The position numbers were made by a program, and so were the translations under genes. From assembly GCA_973895155.1 (NCBI GenBank), contig OZ316891.1:18213802-18277801 (forward strand): a stretch of 64,000 nt of DNA. Reading direction: 5' to 3'. The DNA comes from Marsupella aquatica. Its lineage: Eukaryota > Plantae > Marchantiophyta. This document shows, in pieces, positions 1-12,845 of the stretch (within the stretch, counting starts at the first letter, position 1; each line of letters begins with the position of its first letter). The notes beneath the pieces were generated by a model. That model was given only the letters and a program-made list of their open reading frames with translations, ran no database searches and had not been told where the DNA came from.

Positions 1-275
1 CCCCCCCCTTCCCGGCCCGACCCCCCTCCCCTTGCCGGCCCAACCCGGCTCTCCCGGCCCAACCCGGCTCTCCTCCCCACCCTCCCGGCCCTCCCCGCCC
101 GACTCCCGGCCGGCCCAACCCCCCCCCCGGCCCAACCCGGCCAACCCCCCGACCCTTCTCCCGGCCCGGCTGCACATCCTCCCGGCCCGACCCTGTCACC
201 CGGCCGGGATCGACCGGGATCGACCGGGATGACATATGTCATTTGTCGTCCCAAATCCTCCTATTTGTCCGACAA
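1..275. repeat. C-rich imperfect CCGGC/CCCGA low-complexity repeat ending in palindromic motifs (possibly a transposon sub-terminal region; truncated by window start)
   Basis: Positions 1-200 are almost entirely C/G motifs (ccggcc, cccga, ccaacccgg). They are followed by gggatcgacc x2 and the palindrome atgacatatgtcat inside gggatgaca...tgtcgtccc. Confidence 0.6.
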
Positions 276-3200
276 GTCCAAACCGGGCCATCAAGGGTGC
301 ACTGGACTCATGTCAAGGCATTGAAGACTCTGTTATGATGTGGGCCAGCCTGCCACTATTATGTCGGACCTGAATCCCATCAAGATTGAGGAAAAGGCGG
401 GGTTGGAAAGCAAAATTCATCCAGAGGGACAAGTTCAAGTGCAAGTATAAACATCAAGGTGATGTCTGCAGGCAGGAATGTATCTTGACCAACCTGTAGC
501 TAGTTTACGTCTTAATGGTTTCACTCAATTCTTCCAATTTGTGGGTCAGCTTACTTTTCCAAAGAGGTGTTCTTCTTGTGTATAGCAGGTCACAGAATGA
601 GCCAACAACTTGCAAGTTCAAGGTGGTTGTTTTATATATTGCTGAAGTTGCAGTAGAGCAATGTATGTTAGTACCCAGGAACTCGTCTATCATACTTCTG
701 TCTCAAATAGGCTGGGCAGAGCTAGAGGGTTTAGTTGGATAAGGGGTGTGGCTTGTTTTTCCCACTCACCCCAACAATTGAAAGAAATAATGTCAGATCT
801 TGCACTCTTGTACATGACCCTGTCCTTAAATTCATATGGTGTTACTTTAGCACCTAAGGTCCTTTGCTTGCTCTAACTTCAAGGTGATTTGCAATACTTA
901 GACATGGACCAAAGTCAGATCCCTCCCAGGACCCTTGGATCTATTTAAGAGCTGAGAAATTGCAGTCATTTCATAGACCCAAGAATATGATGAATCAACG
1001 ACTCACTAACTAGTAAATAGGGAAAGGATATAACTTCTTAGGTCACATATACCCTCTGTGTTGATCGAGTCTTGACACTTCTTGTCCTAGTAGCACTCTC
1101 CAGAAATAGGTGTTAGAAAGACGAATAAAATTCCATCAATGAGACCACGAACCCTAGGAACTATTCCTTTGGAAACTGCTCTGCAATTTTGCGTCTTTCA
1201 GGATGACCAGATAATCTCAACTAGCTGGTCCTTCAGTGCAGTCTCCATCTAGAACAACAGGTTCTAAATTTCAATGAGATCCACTGGCCCAAGTTGGAAT
1301 ATTTAGGTCAACCCCATTGCCCTCATGTCCCCATTGGCAAGTGATCCAACTGAGGTAGCTACCATTTCCACTGGAGCTGTTCATTTGACAATTTGTTGAC
1401 AACCACCCAATATCCTCAATGAGGTCTACTATAGAAAAGAAAGAGGCTTGTCCATTACTGTCAAGTGTCTAAATAAAAAAGGCAGACGTTTATAAAAAAA
1501 CTGCAACTTATTTGAATTCTCAAAATTTGTTAGTGAGAGTCTTGTCAACAAAATATCCTGTGTTTACCATTGCTTAGTTTGTACAACTCAAGCAGATGTT
1601 TGGATTAAACTTGAGCTCATACATGCTTGCCATAATATTTGAGTCAGAGGATGAGAATATGTCAAGGTCAGACCCTGAATTTCTGCATCTCAGATATCAT
1701 CACTCCATTCCAGTGGATGGATCAAAATGCCCAGACATTTTGGCCACTACAGTAGCCCTTCTCTCCTCCACCTTAGCAACGGAAGTCCAAGAAATCATAT
1801 ATTTGCAATCCAGTGAAACCACACCTGCCAAATGAGAGCCCCATTCTCTGCCTTGCTACTGCTCAGTCTTGTCTTGTGGTGAACAGCCTACTCACCATAA
1901 AATTAAGGGGGAACCGAGGGTGGAACCCAATCCCATTCCTAGTGAAACTAAACATGTGCACTTTATAATGAGAGCTACTCCTAACCCATAGCTCTTATAA
2001 AGGTAGTTGTGATTTAAGGGAAGGAGAAGGGAAGTCCAAGAAATCATCTAGTTTTTGCAATCCATGCAGTTAAAGGAAGGAGTAATTCAGGAAGTTGTCC
2101 ATGGAGTTGAAAAGCAATTAAATGTAATATTTTCTTGAAAACAACCAGGCTGAACTTGAAGCAAGACGACTGCACTTGGTGTCGCACAACCCTGCAAGAA
2201 TGTAGAAGATGCTCCCAACCTGAGGTCCTGACCACGATGTTAATGCTCCACCAAAACACACTATATGACTACCGTTGGATCTGGAATTCTGCAATAATTT
2301 CAGACCTACTGTACCTAGTGAGAAGGGCAGGCATGAATTTCTTGGAACCGCAAAGTAACAAAAGAAGGTTTGCGAACGGTACGTGAATGGTGATGCAACT
2401 TCGTTCTATCCCAACGTGACACAGGCAGATCCTCCCGAGTTGTCTGGTCTTCTAATGGTCATAGCTCGCTCAGTTTTTGGGCCTCAGAGCTCACATGCAA
2501 AAGACTGGTGCGCGTTCAAACTCCATGCACAGCTAATTGGCACCCGGACTCTAAGTATGGCCCTTGCACCTAAAGTTAACATTCCATGGTTACAATTATT
2601 GATTAATTGATTAAGTGTTGAGCCCGGCCACTTTCCTTCGGGGATCAGTAGTTTCTATGGGAGTTCGGATAGCTCTTGAGTTACGGGAGTTTTGAGCGCC
2701 ATACGAAATGCTCCCTAGTTATGACTCCTGAACGCAACTGCACAGATGCTACAGTAGCCTGTAGCCTGGGTACCGTGGAATGCAGGTGTGTGTGTGAAGT
2801 TGAGGGAAGAATCATGCATCAGAGTTTCAGTGGCTTCTAATAAGGGGGCTCAGTTGCTAACCTGTGCTTCATGGAGAAAGAGCTCATTAATGATCTGGGA
2901 GTAGATGGATTCACAGCCGTGGTGCACCAATTCGCCAGGTAGGGCAGATCGGAACTGTTGGCTCGAGCCCCCAGACACCCTTACTTTTGCTGAAGAATCC
3001 GAGGACTGGGGAGTCGGGAACTACGATACAACAGCAGAGTAGCAGTGTTGCATTACTGCCGAGACAGAGTGAGTAAAGTGGTTCGTTGAGTGTGGAATTA
3101 ATGCTGGAGCTACGTATTTGGTAGTATAACTTATTAGCACACTACGTAGCATAACTGAGGACTGAGATCTGCTGATGGAGCTGCTGAGCTGGGCCCTCCT

Positions 3201-3508
3201 CCAATAGTTGCACCCCCCCCGCCCCTCGTTGATCCATCCATCCATTCATTCCATGTATAATAAATCAGTCGTGTATTCTGCACTTCTCATCTGGTCATCA
3301 ACCGAGCTGAGTTGAGAGTAGTAGTATATTACTGTCCTCACTTGCAAAGCAGTACACATTTGACGAGTGTCACTGAGGAGAGCAGGTCTCAGCTCAGAGC
3401 AGCTCAAGCTCAAGATAGGCAGCAGCCCGTCGCTCACTAACTGTGAGCTAGTGAAACACTTTTGAGTGGTAGTCGAGCTTCACGAGATCGTTGACAGCAG
3501 CTTACAGT

Positions 3509-4840
3509 ATGGGTCGTTTACCGTGCTGCTTTCTTCTCGTTGCATTCTGCGTGGGTGTAGCTACAGTTCGTGGAGACGACCCGTGGTTCCCAGACCCTTT
3601 CAAATGGGACAGCCCACCACCGGCAGATGGACCTCCACCTCCACTATACCCTGCTCCTACTAGCCCCTCACCATACTATGATTCTCCTCCATACATGGGA
3701 ACACCTCCTGTGGAGAGTCCGCCATCCGACGGTTACCCGCCTACCAACGGACCCGCACCTTCTCCATGGTTCTCTTGCGAGTACGTTCTTCAATTCTGTG
3801 TGCCATTTCACGCAACATTTTCTACCGAATAGTTTAGTTGCATTTACGGAATAGTTTATTGGATTTTCTTTCTTGAAGTGTCTGTGAGCGTCACCACATA
3901 TCATGTCCTCAGCATATGATAAGGCCCTTGTTGTCGGTACGTAGTTGAGACATAGGATGTGTGTCTTCTTTGGCATCGTGAGCTAGGTCGCAGTTCTGGG
4001 TCTTGGCTTCGTGCACTTGGTCTTGTATCGATCTCACCTACATTCTAAGTCTTTCGTTCCGGGTTTGTTTTGGGTCATAATTGACCGTCTATCCATCCAT
4101 TCGAGTCTGTCGTTTGGTTGCGGTAAATGCCGCGACCTTTGCTGAAATGTGGAACTGCGATTTAGTGGAATGTGGATAGTATGGACTGCTGTCAGTTCAA
4201 CTCTTCCATTTTACTATTTTTTGGTCTGTTTGGTGATTGGCTTTCAGCTATAATTCGAAGGTTGGTGCATTAGCTTCCTTCCTCCCACGGAAATGGAACT
4301 GCGAAACTGTTAGAAATACGCCTCACTCCATGGCAGCGAACTCGTGGTTGAGTTCAGGATTGATGTGTTTACTCCTCATACAGTCTGAGTGGTCGTCGCC
4401 ATCACAAGCCAATGCTCTGACACTTTTATCGCGTGGTTTTCTAGCCTCTAATCATGTCTAGATTTAGGGCTCCAATGGACTCTGCTGTGTTGTTGACGTA
4501 AAAGTGCATTCTGTATTGCGTGTGCAGTTTATGGGCGAAGAAGACCGATTCTTGGCCCAGTCCATGGACAGCAGACACACCCATTTTTGACGCTTTCGGT
4601 TCAGATGCAGTGAAGGTTTACGGGCAGGTTTCCATGCTCGATGGTATCATGTCCAAGGGTGACGATGGTTACTCGGATCTTTTGAAGGAGGGCATTACCG
4701 CTCTTCTGAACTGTGTCGATGCTCACTTCAAGTACACCGAAGACGAGATCAAGAAGTGCTTCTCTTTCAAAACTTCTTTGAGGTCGGAAGCTGATGCTGC
4801 TGCTCAAGCCAAATTCTTCAACGACGCCAACAACGCTTAG
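3509..4840 (+). CDS. Protodermal factor 1 (PDF1)-like secreted proline-rich protein, 2 exons
   Basis: Exons 3509-3780 (ATG; GA|gtacgt donor) and 4528-4840 (tgcag acceptor; TAG). Spliced product has a signal peptide (MGRLPCCFLLVAFCVGVATVRG), a Pro/Ser/Tyr-rich region, then SCDLWAKKTDSWP...IFDAFG...GYSDLLKEGITALLN...AAAQAKFFNDANNA, resembling the PDF1 C-terminal domain (C..W...P, L.REG.AALLN, AA.QA..F..AN). Confidence 0.8.
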
Positions 4841-7006
4841 AGCTCGACTCCCTGAAACGTGGTGTTTTGTATTTAAACTCCACGACACAATTCGAGTCTC
4901 ACGTAGTAGAGCTATGCCTGGACGTTTCCTCGTCTAGACGTAGAGTACGCTATGGGTACATTTATGAGATGTTTGGTGTAGCTGACGGTAGCAACGACAG
5001 TACGTTAGTGAACAAGAGGCATATTGGTATTAGAGACTCTTATATTGTCTTTCATTGCTTTACTTGTCCTTGACTCGATACTGAGGACAAACAATTCAAT
5101 GTGTCCAGTCACTTGTACTTAGCCTTTCGTACCCTTTATATAACATCGCCTGGACCATGTTTTCATCGAGAATGGTACTTGTCACATGTTTCTTGGTATT
5201 TGGTACTGGTACTGAGATTCTCACTGAGTCCGATCGCCTTCCTTTGTTTGTCAAGAATGGTAGTTGTTGTATACATCAATGGTAACTTTCGCCTGTTCGA
5301 CGAGTTCCCAACATGCTTAATTCGTTCTGCATCTTGAACATAAATAATGTGACATGTGCTCTCTTACAGTGACATGTTGCAAACCATACCTTTCAGATTG
5401 TTCTCAGATTGTAAGTTCTGCATATTTTTGCTCCATGAGTTTTTATTCTAGTATTCTAGTAGAGCATAATTATTACCGACACACCGCCTTCGTATTGATA
5501 AGTTTCCATCCTCATACGAAACTTCTAAAACAGCGTTTTGATTTTAAATACAAGGTAAGATTGTAAGTTGCCATGAGCCGGCCCCGGTGTTTTTGAAAGA
5601 CAAGCCACTGTATCCATGTGCATGCGGTTTGACAGATACTGCATTGAAGCGCATCAATTGTGAAACATATACCAAATTAAAGTCGCTGTTCTTCGCGGAC
5701 TGGAAAACAAACGCTGTTTTATAAGTACCCAGAGTTTCACATTCCCAAGGTTCTGACCGAAATTTGGAATCGGCTGGAATTCCATATGGCGCAACGTGGA
5801 AATTAGGGACTGAGGTCTGAAGTTAGTAAATTCTACTAATTCTAAATTCCCTGTTCTAGTGGTGCAATCCTGAGTTCAACTCACTTCAATTCACTTCGTC
5901 CATGCCTTCGTTTAGGGATACATGATTCTTACGTCATGTGCAAAGGGTGGGAAGTTTCGTCTGCAGAAGGTTGCTCAAAGGGTAGGATTGACTCTTTGAG
6001 CTACTCACGAAGTATTTCGTTTTGATGATCACAGACTAGTTTAACGGAAGCAGATCGACGAGTTTTCTAAGCTGCTCACAAGCATTTGACGTTGGTAAAC
6101 AGTTGATGGACAAATCATGCCGATTAGATCTGACTGAATCCGTTTAGCCTGATCATCATACTGTAAATCCATCAAGGGGGAATTGAATGAATCAAAGGAA
6201 AATTCATGGCTTGCTTGATTCCATCCATTCAACTGCATATTAAAATGGAAACTCCTCAATTTTTGTCAGCGAGCTTTAATTGGGGTTTATGTTCTGGGAA
6301 ATTCATACTTGAACACCAGCCAGGCTTACGGAGTTCACACAAAGCTTTTGACTGATAGGGATGGAACGAGGTGAGAGGAGAGCAATCCAAGGTGAGTAAT
6401 TAATTACCTAAGGAGGCAACCACCAAGACAGTGTTAGTTTAATTGCGCGTCACAACTGGATCGACGATGGATTCGACCGCCAGTCCTCCCAGAATGTCGA
6501 TCAGCCTTGGTTCGCAAATGATGAGCAGAATCGATGCATTAGTTCTGTGTCTGGAAACTAAGGGTGGCAAAGTTAGATTGTGCGCAGGCCAGTCAGTGTG
6601 ATCAGAAGACTGTCGCCGATTGCAGAAAATCGTAACTGGCTGACGTGACAATTATTCGGGACAATAATGAATCCCTGGAAGTGGATTCATCATTCATGGC
6701 ACTTTAGTACGGGACATTGGATGGTAATTGAGTACAGAATCGTACTACCGTACCATTAAATACGACTGTCCTGCTTGCAGAAAGGAGAAACTACAGTAGA
6801 CCCCAGGGATCACAATCCTACTGACGGCTTCTTGGTCTGCTGATCTGGCCGCGTAGTCTCTGGTGACTTGGTGAGCCTGGCCTGGTAATCTGGTGTGAGC
6901 AATTACTGCATACAATCAACACCTCCATTGAGTTCATTCCTCTCTAGGTGTGTCCTCCTGGCGGGCCTTCCTCGATGTATTAACTTCATGCGATTTTCAA
7001 GGCAGT

Positions 7007-7150
7007 ACACCAAACCACACCACTTTAGATACCATTTTAGATAGGTGCACATTACACCAAACCACACCACTAGATACCATTTTAGATAGGTGCACATTAC
7101 ACCAAACCACACCACTTTAGATACCATTTTAGATAGGTGCACATTACACC
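7007..7150. repeat. 47-bp tandem repeat, 3 copies
   Basis: acaccaaaccacaccactttagataccattttagataggtgcacatt starts at 7007, 7054 (2-nt deletion) and 7099; copies are nearly identical. Confidence 0.9.
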
Positions 7151-7159
7151 GTACTAGCT

Positions 7160-7530
7160 CACGTAAATAGATATGAAGAAAAAAAACACTACACACACAA
7201 TTTTTCTATGTTATTTTCATTTCATTTTTGAACCATCCTTGTTGTTTGTCCACGTTTATCTCAGTTTTGTAGTTATTCCTTTAGAGTTAATGTCACTTTT
7301 CTCCATCCTCAATTTTGTTTTATTCTATTTATTTTCATTTATTCCGCTTGAACCCCACAGAGAGGGAAATCAGCAGGCCCAAAGGTAAAATCGAGCCCAA
7401 GGGGCAGAATTCTCCATCCTCATCCTCATTGTCGTTATTAAAACTCATTATTAAATTTTTTTGTTTAAGGTCTAGTCAGAGGCTTCACTCTAGCCCATAT
7501 ATAGGCCTTAAAAGTAACTTCTCTTCACTA
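7160..7530 (+). mobile_element. Dispersed AT-rich repeat family A, copy 1 (non-autonomous TE relic)
   Basis: Begins gtaaatagatatgaagaaa and later has tctag..gaggcttcactctag...ccttaaaagt. The same motifs occur at 18075-18380 (+) and 36545-36760 (-). Confidence 0.55.
7312..7409 (-). mobile_element. ~98-bp non-LTR retro-insertion (5'-truncated LINE/SINE tail) with 13-bp TSD
   Basis: Flanked by ttctccatcctca at 7299-7311 and 7410-7422. The left end is a degenerate T-rich tract (A-tail on the minus strand) containing tttatt (AATAAA on minus). Confidence 0.6.
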
Positions 7531-8269
7531 ATTGTAAGATGCATGACCAGATAATATCTCTCTTTGGTGAGTATCCACTAGCCGGCCTCCTTGAATGTAA
7601 ATAGAGATATTAACCGGTTCCTTCAATTTGAATAGGTGTTTGAAACCCCCAAGGACCACCAGGTTGCTATTTGAAACCCTCATCAATGGACCTTTTGCAA
7701 AATTTCAGTTTAATTCTAATAACTTGATATTCATAAATTCAGATGTTCTATAGTTTTGGGGATATGCTAGAGGAGTAGGTAAGCTACACTTGCATCAAAG
7801 TGACAGTGAAGTTTTACCCATTTTGATTGAGTTTTTCATCACAGGTTGTGGAAATGTAAATTCCATTGGATTAATTCTCATTCTGTTAATATGAAATATT
7901 TGGGTTGTGTACTCTTGTGCCTCCTCCTTCTCCAGTTGCCTTGCAGGTGCAAAAATATACATTTTAGGACTCATAGTCATCAACTTATAGGCCCCAAACT
8001 CCCATGGACCCACCAAAAATGTGGTCCATATGTTGGACATGGGGATCCATCCTAGCTTCAGTTTCATGTAAATAGAGATCAGAGGAAAAGACCCTTGCAC
8101 TAAAAAGGATTCATCTCACACAAAAAAGTATTCCAAAGTATTTCCAGTTCATCTTTGCCCGTCCTTATTTTTTGTCTGCACCCTCAAAAGAATTAATTTC
8201 AGTTATGCCCTCGGTTAGAGTTAGAGTCTAGAGATTTCACTCTAGAGAGTATACACACAGAGTAGCTTT

Positions 8270-8460
8270 TGATTGCGTTGTACCTATTATTTCACTCTCT
8301 TGAACTCGTATTTTCTATCATACTCCTTAGATCAATTTTTGTACATTGTGGAATGATGGCCATTAGTGCCGTATTAATGATTTCACTCCCTTGAACTTGT
8401 ATTTTCTATCGTACTCCTTATAATTTCTTGTATATTGGGGAATGATGGCCATATTAGTGC
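8270..8460. repeat. ~100-bp tandem duplication
   Basis: tttcactc.cttgaact.gtattttctatc.tactcctta...gaatgatggcca..ttagtgc occurs twice in succession. Confidence 0.8.
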
Positions 8461-8979
8461 TTAGAACTCAGCGATACCAGGAAAATGTCTCCTAAACGTA
8501 AGACAAGAACATCTGTTTTTGATTCCCTGCCTGGAAATGAGAGTACTACTACTTTGGCTTCTTCAGCCACCCATTTGAGGGGTTTGTTTGTCAAGATTCA
8601 AATCCTTGAAATCCTAGCCTCCTAGGCAGGGGAAAGATTATTGGTGAATTTTCTCCGAGACATCAGTTGTGGAGGGCTTGCAAACCTTGTGGAGGGGGCT
8701 TGAAGTAAGGGTGGCTTTACAAGACCTAGGGGCACTTTTGACATTTGTTCACCAAAGCAAACAGAAGGGCCACTCTTGTTCTAAAGATGAACTTCAAACA
8801 AAAAAAATATTTTCAAATGAACTTCAATAAATGCAAATTACTTGAATGAAGGAGCAAAAGTTTAAAAATGGTTAGACCATTTCTCTAGGTGGCCTAAAAT
8901 TTTAGACAAATAAGCATTCCACATCAACATTTCATTGGGGACAGACATTGCTTGTTATCATGTTGGATTCGTAGACACC

Positions 8980-9130
8980 ATGCTTACCCTCGAGTTCTTA
9001 TAACCATACTTGAATGGCCCCTGAGTTCTTATAAAGCCTCTCTTGTCATGTAAGATTGGTAGGACAGCATACCTGAATGACCCCCAAGTTCTTATAACGA
9101 TACTTGAATGGCCACTGAGTTCTTATAAAG
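8980..9130. repeat. Short degenerate direct repeats (~32 bp, about 4 copies)
   Basis: Recurrent atacttgaatggcc..tgagttcttataa motif at about 8990, 9006, 9070 and 9100. Confidence 0.7.
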
Positions 9131-9653
9131 CCAAGTTCACTGTTTGTGAATAAACAATCTCTGATGAAGAATCTTTGACTCTCAACATCGTCTTACTTGG
9201 TTCCCCGGGACCAACCTCAATTGACCCATTGCCATAGATCTCTACAAGTGAAAGGTGGCGTGTACAACAGGTCCAGAGAGGTTGATAAGGCGTTCCGTAC
9301 TTCCGTATCAAGGTAATGTGTTGCATTGGCCAATTCAGATGAGTACAGCACAGGTACAGTCCCCTGGCTTGCATACACGAGTGAATGAGGTACAGCTGCA
9401 GTTCTGCACTGCCTTGCGTGCTGACTGTCGGTCCTTGAATCTCAAATGTGGTGTACCCACACCGCATTAATCGACAGTATCGTTTCTTGAAAGCGAGCAT
9501 GTAGCAGCAGAAACATTGTTCTGCTTCACGGGTTTCCTCACGCAAGGCCCGGTCATGCGAGAACGTGCATGCATCTTGCAAAAGATCGCGCCACCCAAAT
9601 CTGCTGTGAGCTTGCGTTAGTTGAAATGTTAACAGAATTTAATTTTGCTTAAC

Positions 9654-9778
9654 CTTTAATTTTCTCCGAGACTTGTTCGTAGTAATAAATCGAAGATTAT
9701 TTACTACGAACAAGTCTCGGAGAAACAGAATTTAATGGAAGATTTATTACTACGAACAAGTCTTGGAGAAAATTAAAG
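9654..9778. repeat. Inverted repeat with one left arm and two alternative right arms
   Basis: Left arm ctttaattttctccgagacttgttcgtagtaataaatc (9654-9691). Right arms at 9695-9725 and 9741-9778; the second matches 37 of 38 bases. Confidence 0.85.
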
Positions 9779-11349
9779 TCTGAGCAACTTAAGATGATAT
9801 ATTCACTCTCGTCTACCCGGCAAGGAGCATGTTTTCGGATTGATTAATTACTGAGATCTGCACATTTGATTTTTGGGCTATGCTTGCCTCTGGTCCTGCC
9901 TGGAGAGTGGAGACAGGAGCCCAATCAAGCATGCCAGATATAAATCATAGCTCTTGACTGAGTGGCTGGAACTCAAATTGCAGATATGCCTCACAATTCA
10001 AACAATGTGGGCTGTAATTATAACTCCAAACAATTCAATACCATTCGATTGGATCGAGGCAGCATTCATCGCATGATCATCGGGCTGCAATGAGATTGGT
10101 AACAACATAATACCTGGTTTCCTACTTTATCTCGTAATCTGGTATGACTGTCCCGGTTTGGTATTATTGGCTACTGAACTTGGCTGGTATATCTTGCCAG
10201 CGCTGACATGACATGACAGAGCCAGCACTGGACTGGTGTGGTATTGTCGCAAGCAAGCACCGTAGTGTACTGTGAGGATAATTATATCCCATGGGTTTTG
10301 TCCCTGATTGAATGAGATGAACGAGGAGGAAAGCCCAATCATGCAGAGTGAGTTGTGGATTGCATGCCAACTAGCTTGATCAAACAACAACAATACTAAC
10401 GCGTTGCAACAACAATACTAACGCGTTGCACTGTTCGAACGAACGAGCTGACCGTTGCTGCAGCAGGAGCTGGAGTGCGCTGGTGGCGGCCCCGGACCCT
10501 TCAGAGTTTTGCAAGTCATTGCAGGTGCTGTGTTGCTCTAGAACTTTCACTGCTCGATAGGTCTGTCACTTGTACCAGCCTGCAAACACCCACTTCCAGA
10601 ATTCAGTTCAATTCGCTCAAATGCTCCAATGGAACATGAACGAATAATTTCAGCTGAAACCCACCATTCTTCACACTTCACAGTCAGTTGTTAGCAGGGT
10701 CCAACCAATCATGCGCCTTTGCTAGACTGCAGCAGTCTTCCAAAATTCTTCCATATACAACAACAATCCTGAATGCAATCAGCTCAGCTTCCATCATCTT
10801 TCCACCAGCGATACCACCTCCTCCAGCTCGAGCTCCTCCAGGATCCGGGGCACTTCATCCAGGCCGGGTCTAAAATGCTGTCAGTCATCGCACTCGTATT
10901 CGAGCTTTCGCTGCTCAATTTCACACGTCAATGCAGCTCAGCGGGAATGGGCCACATACACAACGTTCTTTTGCTTATAGTAAGTGATTTGCTTGAGTAA
11001 AACTAATTTTTGACTAGTGAAACTAGAATTTGCATGAAGTATGAATGTGGCGTAGGGAGGTCCATTGATTCAAATAGTGTATTACAGGTTGTTACATAAC
11101 TCACCCTAGTTAGTGCAAGAATTAATGTTACTATAAAATTAGAATTAGTAACATTAATTTTAGTAAAAATAATTTTGAGTCTAAATTACACTAAATCTTG
11201 ATATTTTTCAAAATAAAAATGAATGAGCTTGAGTCTAAAATAACACTAATTGTTATGTATTTTTCAAAATAGTTTGTTTTCTCTTTATATTTTTGCTCTT
11301 AAAATCACAATAAAACTAATTCATGTGCATAAAAATTATGTTAGCATAA

Positions 11350-11426
11350 AATTAGTGTGACTGACATTAATTTACTAATATACCCTGAAAATAAGTATTC
11401 ACAAATTAATGTTAGTCACACTAATT
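11350..11426. repeat. 24-bp inverted repeat in AT-rich, probably TE-derived region (about 11000-11960)
   Basis: aattagtgtgactgacattaattt (11350-11373) pairs with aaattaatgttagtcacactaatt (11403-11426), 1 mismatch. Confidence 0.7.
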
Positions 11427-12796
11427 ATGATAAAAAGTTGTTACAAGTAAAAAAAAAAGTATAATAAAAATGTTACTAAAAATATATTATTTATTCATAA
11501 TTTTTGAAAATTAATAAAATGATAAAAAATTTATCATGCATGCAATTATTTTAATAATTATATATAACATATCATATTTTTTTTTCACATCCTTCTTTAC
11601 ATACAAATATGTTATGGTGGTGCCATAGAAATTAATTTTTAATATAAATAGTGACCAAAAACATTAGATGATTATCATTTGACATAATCATAATCATGAG
11701 TTTTTAGATTCACATGATGACCATGTAATTAATGTCTAGAAACTTAAGCTCCAACTCTAGTTTGTAATTGGAACTTATAAGTAATATTAACTTCCATTTC
11801 TTACATGATGAGTTATGGAGTTAATGTCTAGAGATTATACTCTAGAAACCTAGGCCCTAACTCTAGCTTGTAGTTGAGGCTTTTTAATGTGGCTGTACTC
11901 TAGAAACCTAGGCCCCAACTCTAGCTTTGTAAGTGGGGCTTAAGTAAAATTAACATCCATTTCCCAATGTCACTCTACCATTAGAATCATTCTAGTGACT
12001 TCAGTCTATGTATTAATAGTGGACATCTCTATAATCTTTAATGTCTGTACTTGCACTTGGACACGGTTGATGTTCTGGTACCCCATAAAGCCTGCAGTGA
12101 GGTGGTTATTTAAAAGGGTGTCGTGCTCTTGGTTAGTGAGAGGATTTGCATGCTCTTGAGAGTGTTCAAGACAATGTTAAATCTGACTTGTTTGTACATT
12201 TTCCTGTGCATAAGTGCCACCCCATAAGACCAAATGGCAGACCATTCTTCCCCTTTTTGGCCAACTACAAATATGTAAGTGCCAAATCCTCTACAAAGGT
12301 ACGTGTACACTGATGGGTAAAGAGCATCTTAGATTCTATGTCACATTGTTATAGATAAGGGCATACAAGTTCACATGAGTAAATGTTGCAGTTATGAGAT
12401 TACAAATGACTACATATATATAAGTGCAAAACCCTCTAGAAAGGTAAGTCTATGTTTATGAGTAAGAGCCTATCCAATCCTATGTGAAACTTTTATAGAA
12501 TAACTTGATAAAGTTTAAGCGCAAGGATGTACAATACAAGGAGGGGCAGAAGAAGGCATGCCGTTTATTGCACATGAAACACTGACAGCCAAATACATAT
12601 TTAGAATAACACTCAATGCAAACCACATGGGAGTTCAAGCTTTTCTCGAGTCTGAGTGTGCACATAGTTCGAGGCAGCTGTAATAAGGGAGGAAAGCCTC
12701 GACCAGGAAGTGATAGGCTGAGTTTTTTTTCCCCAGTTTATTAGTGAAAGTAGGAGCTGGATTGAACCAGTAGAGTACAGTATGTCGATGTTGCTC

Positions 12797-12845
12797 GTGC
12801 GAATCCGCCACTGTGTTAATCTGCGCCACAGTGGCGGATTCGCAC
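12797..12845. repeat. Perfect 19-bp GC-rich hairpin with 11-nt loop
   Basis: gtgcgaatccgccactgtg-ttaatctgcgc-cacagtggcggattcgcac. Confidence 0.9.

Noticed and set aside
9400-9425. miR408-like sequence tgcactgcct
   Set aside because: Only the first 10 nt match and no fold-back precursor is evident.
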